The notes under the pieces: generated by a model
Seen by the model: the letters and a program-made list of their open reading frames with translations, nothing else
Databases searched by the model: none
Told to the model about the DNA's origin: nothing
Position numbers and translations under genes: made by a program
DNA from: an uncultured Planctomycetales bacterium
GTDB taxonomy: Bacteria > Omnitrophota > Gorgyraeia > Zapsychrales > JANLHA01
Assembly (NCBI GenBank): GCA_964374105.1
Contig: CAYJXI010000009.1
Span: 1-60,606 of the forward strand
DNA length: 60,606 bases
Direction: 5' to 3'
Shown here: one piece after another, positions 18,951 through 27,000 of the stretch
How positions within the stretch are numbered: the stretch's first letter is position 1
How the letters are laid out: every line of letters begins with the position of its first letter

Positions 18951-19346
18951 ATGAGTAAAAAATTATTCCACAAGAATGCCTATTCAACCACAGAGTATAT
19001 TGCCCTTTTTATTTTTTTACTGTCGCTCATTTTTGTTTTTCAAAACTATATCGTCCGAGGCTTTTCTGGGCGATGGAAAAATGTGGGCGATATTTTTGGC
19101 TTCGGAAGACAATATGACCCCAGGCCTTTTGGGGCTGACGGAACTGGAGGCGGGACACAGGAATGTATGTGGATTGAGTCGTTGAATAATGAGGATTTCC
19201 AGTTATGGGTGGCCACCCGCTGTTTTAGAGCAAATTGTGACTGTACGCTTCCTCCGGATCATGCTCAATACAATTCTAGATGTCGAGACTGTATAAGAAC
19301 GACATGCAGAGCGACTTCGACTCAATTTCCAGAATGCAGAGATTGA
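18951..19346 (+). CDS. Flp/TadE-like pilin paralog with Cys-rich C-terminus
   Basis: 131 aa from ATG 18951, just after the hairpin. The track start 18903 lies inside the hairpin. AYSTTEYIALFIFLLSLIFVF, then VRGFSGRWKNVGDIFGFGRQYDPR (paralog of 12224). The C-terminus has 9 Cys. Confidence 0.6.
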   Translation: MSKKLFHKNAYSTTEYIALFIFLLSLIFVFQNYIVRGFSGRWKNVGDIFGFGRQYDPRPFGADGTGGGTQECMWIESLNNEDFQLWVATRCFRANCDCTLPPDHAQYNSRCRDCIRTTCRATSTQFPECRD

Positions 19347-19391
19347 TTTGTGCAAACGGCGAGTTATAATGTATTTTACCTATAAAAAACG

Positions 19392-19435
19392 AACACACAC
19401 CCGGTGTTTGTTTTTACAAACACCGGGTGTGTGTT
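19392..19435. repeat. REPIN-like inverted doublet hairpin
   Basis: AACACACACCCGGTGTTTGT-TTTT-ACAAACACCGGGTGTGTGTT: perfect 20-bp stem. Confidence 0.7.
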
Positions 19436-19455
19436 GAGAATAAAAGGATTGGTGA

Positions 19456-20310
19456 ATGGTTTTTACCTTATTTTTAGTCTTTTGTACCGCCGCCTTGATT
19501 GGGTATTCGGTTGTTCCGATTGTTTATAATAAGTCAGTGGCTTTAAGCCAAAAGCGGGCCTACAGTTTATCTAACCGACTGGAACGGGTGATCCCCAGAA
19601 CCCAACTGAAAGAATTGGCCAAAATTTATATGCTGGCTCCCATCGTCATGGCCGGCATTTTTTTTATCCTTTTTCCCCAGGAGCTAAGATTATTAGGGAT
19701 TGTGTTAGGGATCATTGGAGGCTTGATTTTCCCTTCTTTTTATACAAAGATCCTTATCGCCAATAATAAGAGTAAGTTTGAAGATCAACTGATCGATGCC
19801 TTGATGATTATGTCCAGCTCCTTTAGAGGGGGCTTAAGTTTGATCCAAGCTATGGAGGCGGTGGTGGAAGAGATGCCGGATCCAATCAATCAGGAATTTT
19901 CCACCGTTTTGGGAGAAAATAAGATGGGGGTGTCTTTAGAAGAATCCCTTAATCATTTGTATAATCGTATGCCTTCCGCTGCCTTACAGCAGATGAACAC
20001 CGCTATTCTCTTGGCCAAAGAAACAGGGGGAAACCTCCCTTTGATATTCCAGAGGATTGTCAATTCTATTCGGGAACATAAAAAGATCAAACAGCAAATT
20101 GATACGTTAACTCTGCAGGGGAAAATTCAAGGGGTGGTCATGTCAATTTTACCCGTTGCCTTTTTTATGGTCATTCAGTCAACTAACCCGACCTTTTTTA
20201 AATCCATGTTTAACTCGGAAGTGGGTCGGGGTTTGTTGGTTTATGCTTGTATTTCTGAAACGATCGGGGCTTATATGATCTGGCAAATCAGTACCTTTAA
20301 AGATTTTTAA
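19456..20310 (+). CDS. tadB: TadB (T2SS-F domain inner-membrane platform protein)
   Basis: 284 aa. N-terminal TM, T2SSF-like block (QLIDALMIMSSSFRGGLSLIQAME...ETGGNLPLIFQRI) and C-terminal TM helices. Confidence 0.85.
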   Translation: MVFTLFLVFCTAALIGYSVVPIVYNKSVALSQKRAYSLSNRLERVIPRTQLKELAKIYMLAPIVMAGIFFILFPQELRLLGIVLGIIGGLIFPSFYTKILIANNKSKFEDQLIDALMIMSSSFRGGLSLIQAMEAVVEEMPDPINQEFSTVLGENKMGVSLEESLNHLYNRMPSAALQQMNTAILLAKETGGNLPLIFQRIVNSIREHKKIKQQIDTLTLQGKIQGVVMSILPVAFFMVIQSTNPTFFKSMFNSEVGRGLLVYACISETIGAYMIWQISTFKDF

Positions 20311-20372
20311 GCAAAGGGACACGCGTGTCCTTAAAGGGACAGTCATCACCCATATAAGGATGGTCCAAAAAG

Positions 20373-21254
20373 ATGATCACATTTATATTAACTTTGTGTT
20401 TTTTATCTGGATTTAGTTTTGTTTTAGGACTTTTTCCATTGGAATGGGAAGTCAGGCCAACGCTACAGGCCTTTGGTTATGAAGTCAAATCCACCAAAAA
20501 AAGGAAGAACCCCTTCGCCTTTGTAAGGACGCTCGCTTTAATCAACAAGCCTATTGTTGCCGGAATGCTTCGTAGAAGAATCGCCAAGGATCTGGCAATG
20601 GGACATGTGAATATCACTCCGGAAGAATTTTTCTTATTCAAGGAATTGGGAATTATATTTACTTTGCTTATTACGTATCCCATGATTAAGCCGGATATGA
20701 TGGTTTTTTGGCTCTTAATGAGCACCGGCGTAGGATACATGCTGCCGGAATGGTGGATGAAAGGCAAAGTGAAATATGTCAAAAACACCATTATCCGGGA
20801 ATTGCCGGATTCGATTGATTTGTTGGCATTGTGCGTTAATGCCGGCCTTGATTTTATGTTGGCTTTAAAATGGGTTGTAGAAAAATCTCCGCCCTCGGTC
20901 ATGATCAACGAACTCAATGTCTTGTTGCAGGAAATCAATGTTGGCAAAACTCGCCGAGACGCCCTGAAAGACCTGTCCGCAAAATATGAACTTCCCGATT
21001 TATCGAGTTTTTCCAGAACCCTGATTCAGGCCGATAAAATGGGAACATCTGTTTCGGAGGCCTTGAATGTTCTCTCTGAAGACATGCGTTTGTCTCGATT
21101 CCGTCGAGGGGAACAGCTGGCTATGAAGGCGCCTATGAAACTGCTGGTGCCGCTTTTGTTTTTTATCTTTCCCGTTGTCGGCATCCTAGTTGCCGGTCCT
21201 ATCCTCATTGATTTTATGGAAAACAATCCTTTAAAGCAATTGGGCGGAGGTTAA
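20373..21254 (+). CDS. tadC: TadC (T2SS-F domain inner-membrane platform protein)
   Basis: 293 aa. ELPDSIDLLALCVNAGLDFMLAL...ADKMGTSVSEALNVLSEDMR...KAPMKLLVPLLFFIFP. Confidence 0.85.
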   Translation: MITFILTLCFLSGFSFVLGLFPLEWEVRPTLQAFGYEVKSTKKRKNPFAFVRTLALINKPIVAGMLRRRIAKDLAMGHVNITPEEFFLFKELGIIFTLLITYPMIKPDMMVFWLLMSTGVGYMLPEWWMKGKVKYVKNTIIRELPDSIDLLALCVNAGLDFMLALKWVVEKSPPSVMINELNVLLQEINVGKTRRDALKDLSAKYELPDLSSFSRTLIQADKMGTSVSEALNVLSEDMRLSRFRRGEQLAMKAPMKLLVPLLFFIFPVVGILVAGPILIDFMENNPLKQLGGG

Positions 21255-21373
21255 AATCAAAGACCACCCGCGTCCTTTAACCCCTTAGGCAGGGACATCC
21301 ACCGCCGGTTTTTTCGGAACAAATTCCCCTTTCAAATTTCTAACAACACTCCCCTAAAATATAAAATTCGATT

Positions 21374-21797
21374 ATGTCAAGGTCAGCGAGAATTGTGATC
21401 CTAAGGATTTGCTTATCATGTTACCCAGAGGGGCAATAATCGGCAGAGAGTTTTTACCGATGATTCTGATCGTGCACAGTATTTAGGTTGGCTTAAGCAG
21501 TACAGCCAGCAAGCGGGTTTAGAAGTATTGGGATATTGCCTTATGGACAATCATGTCCATTTTATTGTCATTCCACAAAATGAAGACGCCCTAGCCAAGA
21601 CATTCAGTTTAACACATATGAGCTATTCCCAATATTACAACAGAAGAGTTGGTCGGATAGGACATTTATGGCAAGGACAGTTTTATTCATGTGCGATGAG
21701 CGAGGAACATTTGAAAATGGCCTTAAGATATGTGGAGAGGAAGGCAAGACTAAGTCCACCTAAAATAGGTAGACCTAAAGGAAGTGTCAAAAAGTAG
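21374..21797 (+). pseudogene. decayed IS200-like / REP-associated tyrosine transposase (RAYT, COG1943-type)
   Basis: ATG 21374 gives MSRSARIVI, then the frame breaks at ~21398-21404. The next frame, from 21405, reads GFAYHVTQRGNNRQRVFTDDSDRAQYLGWLKQY..LGYCLMDNHVHFIV...GHLWQGQFYSC...ALRYVER. That runs straight into a GRPKG-type tail, implying an internal deletion. Confidence 0.6.
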
Positions 21798-21860
21798 TGT
21801 CTGTTGTACTAGCTCAATAATTGAACATATAAATCCGTCCCTAGTTTCCCATATATTAAC

Positions 21861-23308
21861 TAGTCGATCCTGAAAAAGTCTATTTTAGGCAAACGTTCTT
21901 TGAAAATTAACCGTTGTAATGCTATCGATGACATTCCGAATCCAGAGCCAAAAAGCTCTCAGGAGCTTTTTGATGTTAAATCCACACGCCGAGAAGACAA
22001 CATTGAGCTGATCACCCAATGCTCCGGCAAGCGGATTGCGGTTTAAACGATGATCACTTTTTTGATGACCGATGATGGGTTCAATCGCGTTGCGCCGTCG
22101 CCACCAGTTTCGGATTGCTCGACTTGCTTTGTTTTTTTGACGAGGAACAATCAATACCTTGGTGTTTTCAACGCTATGGCCGCGATATCCTTGATCACAA
22201 GTGGCTTGTTTAATCTCAATATGGGTGAGTCGCTCTGTTTGATCTAAACTCTTTTGAAGTGTATGTCCATCGTACGGATTGTCGGTAAAGGCTTGTGCGC
22301 CAATAATCCAGTTACCCTTGGCTGTCACTGAAAAACCTACTTTACAACCAAATTCATAACGTTGATGGGCTTTACCCTTGGCGATACATTGCACCTGCGG
22401 TTTGTGAATCGAATAAATCTTGTTTTTACTATCTCGTTGCTGTTGCATTAATCGGTTGGCTAACATTAATTGTTCTTTTAAAATTTCACAAGGTTCTGTG
22501 GCTTTGCGCTCGATGTCCCGAGTGACTCGACCCAACATGGTCTTGAGCCGTTTAGTCTCTTTGGCTGCCCGTCGGCCTTGTTGAGCGTGCGCGTAATTCT
22601 GTTGTCGTTGTAAACTTTGTTTGCCAACGCGTTCATAACTTTGTCTTAACACGATCCCTTGGGCTCGCGCTGTTTTAACAAGCCTCTCGCGCATGCGGTC
22701 ATATAATCGCGCGTCCATTGGGAACCGAACATCTTTGGTCTGTACCGTAGTGTCAACATTGACTTTTTGGCATTGCGATATTTTCAAATAACGCTCTTTG
22801 ACTGCCGTCGTGATCGTCTGGCTTAGCAATGCTTCAGCCCCTTCAACGCCGATTCGCTTGCGCCATCGCGTCATGCTTGATGGCTCTATCGGCAGTTTAT
22901 GCTCAAAATGCTGACGGCCGCTGAAGTATTGCCAGTATGGATTTTCAACCCACAAAGCAACTGTTTCTTCGTCGCTTAAATCGTGGGTGTATTTCAAATA
23001 ATGCAAGGCAACCATAAGCCTTGTCGCAATAGCAGGACGGCCTTCATCGGCAAAATGTGTTTTAAACTTTTGATCGAACGCATTCCAATCGATTTGATGG
23101 GCCAGTTTTACCAAAGGATGTTGCCCATTGACGATTCGATTAAGTTCGATTTTAAACAGGCCCCACTGTGGATCACGCTTTATTTTTTGTGGTTTCATTT
23201 TGCAAGGATTCCTTATCTTTTCCGTCGGATTCTTGCATATTTTACCACGATATTTTTAACTTAACTCTAGCAATTACAACAATTTAATTGGTTCTTCAGG
23301 ATCGACTA
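21861..23308 (-). mobile_element. IS5-family insertion sequence (~1.45 kb)
   Basis: Terminal inverted repeats TAGTCGATCCTGAA (21861-21874) and TTCAGGATCGACTA (23295-23308). One transposase ORF fills the element. The string TAACTAG is present at both junctions (21857-21863 and 23307-23313), so the exact ends and the target duplication are ambiguous. Confidence 0.75.
21885..23198 (-). CDS. IS5-family DDE transposase
   Basis: 437 aa. N-terminal block LFKIELNRIVNGQHPLVKLAHQIDWNAFDQKF...GRPAIATRLMVALHYLKYTHDLSDEE...ENPYWQYFSG typical of IS5-family (DUF772 + DDE_Tnp_1) transposases as I know them. Confidence 0.85.
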   Translation of the reverse strand: MKPQKIKRDPQWGLFKIELNRIVNGQHPLVKLAHQIDWNAFDQKFKTHFADEGRPAIATRLMVALHYLKYTHDLSDEETVALWVENPYWQYFSGRQHFEHKLPIEPSSMTRWRKRIGVEGAEALLSQTITTAVKERYLKISQCQKVNVDTTVQTKDVRFPMDARLYDRMRERLVKTARAQGIVLRQSYERVGKQSLQRQQNYAHAQQGRRAAKETKRLKTMLGRVTRDIERKATEPCEILKEQLMLANRLMQQQRDSKNKIYSIHKPQVQCIAKGKAHQRYEFGCKVGFSVTAKGNWIIGAQAFTDNPYDGHTLQKSLDQTERLTHIEIKQATCDQGYRGHSVENTKVLIVPRQKNKASRAIRNWWRRRNAIEPIIGHQKSDHRLNRNPLAGALGDQLNVVFSACGFNIKKLLRAFWLWIRNVIDSITTVNFQRTFA

Positions 23309-23799
23309 ACTAGGGAGAGCTGTCTCTAGTTTCATAGGTTCCTGTTCCCCAGAGCTTGACCTCCGTTTCCCCATTAATCGATTTCATATTTTTAGTCTTA
23401 TCTCGTTAAAACCGGTCAGTTGAAAATTAAAATGTCCAATTTGTAAATTTTTAAGATATATTTAATGTCCATTCTGTAATATTTCAAAGATTTAAAAACA
23501 GGCAAATTGGTAAGTGTGATAGAACATTAGGCTGACCAAATAATTTCTTTTTAGACTTAAGAAATTTTGCTTAACCTTTATCAATATCACCGACCCGGTC
23601 TGAGCTAATTCAAAAATGACTGAAGGGAAAGGTGTGTTTGTAACAAAATATTTAATGAGATGGGTATTACAATATCTGAGTTATTTGAATATAATTAATA
23701 TTAAATAAAAAGAGGGAAAGCAATAAAAAATTTTTCATATCAAAAACTTAACTTATTGGAAACTAATAAGATAAATTTTAAAAAAATTTTCCTGCCATC

Positions 23800-23828
23800 T
23801 TGTTCTCATCGAAGATGGGTGTTATACT
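23800..23828 (+). promoter_or_regulatory. sigma70-type promoter with extended -10 upstream of the giant gene
   Basis: TTGTTC at 23800-23805, 17-nt spacer, TGtTATACT with -10 at 23823-23828. A 7-bp inverted repeat CCATCTT/AAGATGG (23795-23801 and 23812-23818) overlaps the -35 and spacer. Confidence 0.4.
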
Positions 23829-23936
23829 TAAAAAGCAAGTGGTAAGATAGTCGGTCAGAAAGGCTTTCAAAAAAGATCGTCAAAATGAAAATTGCCGCGG
23901 AAAACTTAAACAATTTTGGAGTTTAGACTATTCTTA

Positions 23937-23967
23937 GAAGCTACCGTTATTCGCGGTAGTTTTTTTT
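23937..23967 (+). terminator. intrinsic terminator between the promoter and the giant-gene start
   Basis: Stem CTACCG (23941-23946) pairs with CGGTAG (23954-23959), extendable by A-T/G-U pairs, followed by eight T (23960-23967). Confidence 0.5.
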
Positions 23968-24074
23968 ATTTTAAAATTTAGTAGTCAGATTGGACAATCT
24001 TATCTTAAATTCATTTTTTATAGTTTGGACATTATTGATTCGCTAGAAGTTTAGCAAAGTAGGTCTGAATTTTA

Positions 24075-27000
24075 ATGGAAGAAAAAGAAAGATTGGACAT
24101 TAAAGAAGAAAGTAGTAATTTTAATTTAAATTCTATCAATAATAAGGATAGTAATCTAAATACTTTTTACACTTTTGCCCTGCCTGAAGAAAAACCCATC
24201 CCTTTTAAAAGTCACTTTAAATCTTGGATAAGAACAGTTGCCTTATTTGTCGTTTTAGTCTTCGTCCCTGAACAAATCAGCTGGGCGTTTAATTATGATT
24301 CAACTGTGATTTGGGGCTTTAAAAACGATCAATCCGCGACCCCATCGGCACCCACCGAACAGGTTGTTACAGCCAAGGTCACCGAAAGCATAAGAGATCT
24401 TTTAATTCAGTTGGCTTATCGGGAAAAGGCGGAGATAGATCTTATTTTATCCAACCCTCAGTCTGCCAAAAGGGAAAATTTTCAACCTCACATCAATTTT
24501 AGATCAAAACTGGATGTGACCGAGGGGATTATTAAGCAAGTTAACCAGTGGCTTTCTGATCCCAATATTCACCCCTTAAACTGCGGTGTGTATGCTTTAA
24601 GGGATCTTTTAAGACTCAGCGGCATACAGATTCCCTTGGAGGAACTTTCTGTCAGTACCTTAGCCGTTGATTTATTGCACGAGATCGTAAGACCTGGTGA
24701 GGAAAAACTTAAAACCTCCCTTTTTGCCATTGACAAGGTTGTACAGGCCTATGGCCTTCCCTTCCAAGCCGCCAAAATCAAACCTCAAGACATAACAAAG
24801 CTTAAAACCCCTTTCATCGCCAATTATGACTCCGAACACTTTGTTTTAGTAGGGAGGATGGATGAACAGAATATCCATTTTACCGATATCGGCCGTCATA
24901 TGTCGCTTCCGCGCGATGACTTTGTGAAGAATTTCAGCGGGTTCGTTCTTGCTCCTGAGCTAGATAAAGCTGGGATTGAATACGAACTGATCACGGACAG
25001 CCAAAAGGCCTTTGTTTGGGGAAACAAATGGGTCGACAATTCCGATGATTTGCCGGGATTAATAGATGCGGGAGATGTTGCCCTTTCAGTAGGCATTACT
25101 GTTTTGACCATAGTTATTGCCGCTGTGTCCTGCATATTTGCCGCCTGCGCTGGACTTGTTCTTTTACCCCTTTCCATTGGTGCCTCAGCACTCGGAAGCA
25201 CCCTAGGTCAGGTCTGCCAGTTGAAGTGGGGTTGTAATGAAGATCAGGCCATGCTTTTGAGTATAGGTGTTGCGGTTGGGTTAACCTTGGGGGCATCTAT
25301 ACTCTGGTCGTGGGGTTCATCCACAGCTCCTACGGTAGCTCAGGTAGCTACAGATGTAGGTCAACAAGTAGGCAAAGACGCTCCCCAACAGGCAGCCCAA
25401 CAAACTTCCAACGCGCTACAGATACTTTTGACTGCACTCAAAGATGCCGCAATTGCGGTAAAGGATGCCATTGTCGATACGGTCAAGCAGGTTGCCTTGG
25501 CGATTAAGGATGCAGTAGTTCAAATTTACACGGATATTGTTAATTTTGTTACAAATATAATTGAATTCTTTAGGTCAATCGGGACTTTTCTGGCGGATCT
25601 CTTTACTGGCCAGTTATTCACGGCCACAACAACAGCAACGACAACCACTACCTCGTCATTATCGTCATTAGGATCCGCCTCTGTTGTGGTGCTCAAAGAT
25701 GTTCTCAAACTCCTTGGGGGTATGCAGGAGACTAGACCGATCCATTTCTCATTGAGTGAATTATTATTTGCCATTCCTAAAACTATGGCGGTTACGGCGA
25801 CTTATGCGGCGATTAAAGTTTACTTGGGGAAATGGTTAAGAAAACAACTTGGTGATGACGTCATTGCCGAGGTGTTTAATTCGCTCATTACCTCCATTGC
25901 CGCGGATGTGGCGATCCAAGCCGAAGCGTATTTCTTAGACAGGCTAACCTTATCCGAGAACATGGCCTTTTCGGAATTCATGGGTGTAGGTGAGAAAAGA
26001 AGTGTAAGAGAGGCAAAAAAGCAAGGGGATGCTGCACGGGCTCAGGCCAAGGCTCAAAAATTAAGTCTAGACCAACAACAGGCCGCCTACGATGCGGCTT
26101 ATACTCAGACTTTAAGAGAACTTGATCCGGAATTAATTGCCAAAGACGCCGCAGATGCGAAGGTCGTTGCCGAAGCAAAAAAATTAAAAACCGATGACAA
26201 GAAACTCACTACAGACCAAGCTAAAAGTATTTGGACAGCAGAGTATAAAAAAGTTTTAAACAGTACCGCTGATCCCTTTGTTGTTGATTTACGCGCCGGA
26301 CTCGCTAATACGTTAGGTAATGCCTTTACGAGAACGCTTGGGGCCTTTGCCGGGATGACAGCAAGATATATTGCCATGGATCTTTTAGAAGAGGATGCGG
26401 ATCCCAATTCGCTTTTGTCACAGGCCATCGGTGACCTCTTCAGTGCTTTGACCATTGCCACCTATTCCGCCATGACCAACCATTTTTCTTATGAGGCCCC
26501 CGTGGATGTGAAAAAAGAAAAAGAAGGGGAGCATAAAGAGGAATATTATTACGAAAGGGTGACGGTTGATCCAAATACTAAACAAAAAACCACAACAAAA
26601 ATCTATGTGAATCCCGATGACGGGATTATTTACGCCAGATCCCCAGCGGATAAGACCGTTCCTATTACACCCGAGAATGTGCAGTTTGTTTTTCAGGAAC
26701 GAAAGGGTTTCTGGGAAACACTCCTTGTGACCGCAACGCCCAGGATCGCCAATGCGGCCATGGCCTGGGGATTGGATGAATATGAAAACAAAAATGTCAA
26801 AGAAGAATGCGATGATAACGGCGAAAACTGTCAGAAAGACGAGCTGCATCGGGCCGGGATTCGGGGACTATTTCTCCTATCGGCGGCAGCCATAGAAGGT
26901 GTAGCCAATGTGGCTATGTATTACTGGAATCGAGATACCGGCATCGATGGACAAAAAATCACCGTTGAAAATCCCCACGACATGGGTCTCTTTAGTGTTT

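Noticed and set aside
14242-19435. Whether the repeated CACCCGGTGTTTGT elements are a CRISPR array.
   Set aside because: There are only four sites, separated by whole genes at irregular distances. Each is an inverted doublet or palindrome rather than a direct repeat with short spacers.
20317-20330. Perfect palindrome GGACACGCGTGTCC after tadB, and a related imperfect one at 18859-18882.
   Set aside because: Short, with no U-tract and only loosely similar to each other. Noted as possible minor hairpins, but there is insufficient evidence for a function.
21841-23333. CTAGTTTC on both sides of the IS (21841-21848 and 23326-23333) as a possible longer outer repeat or nested element.
   Set aside because: Only 8 bp match and the surrounding sequence diverges. 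Most likely chance in CTAG-rich flanks.
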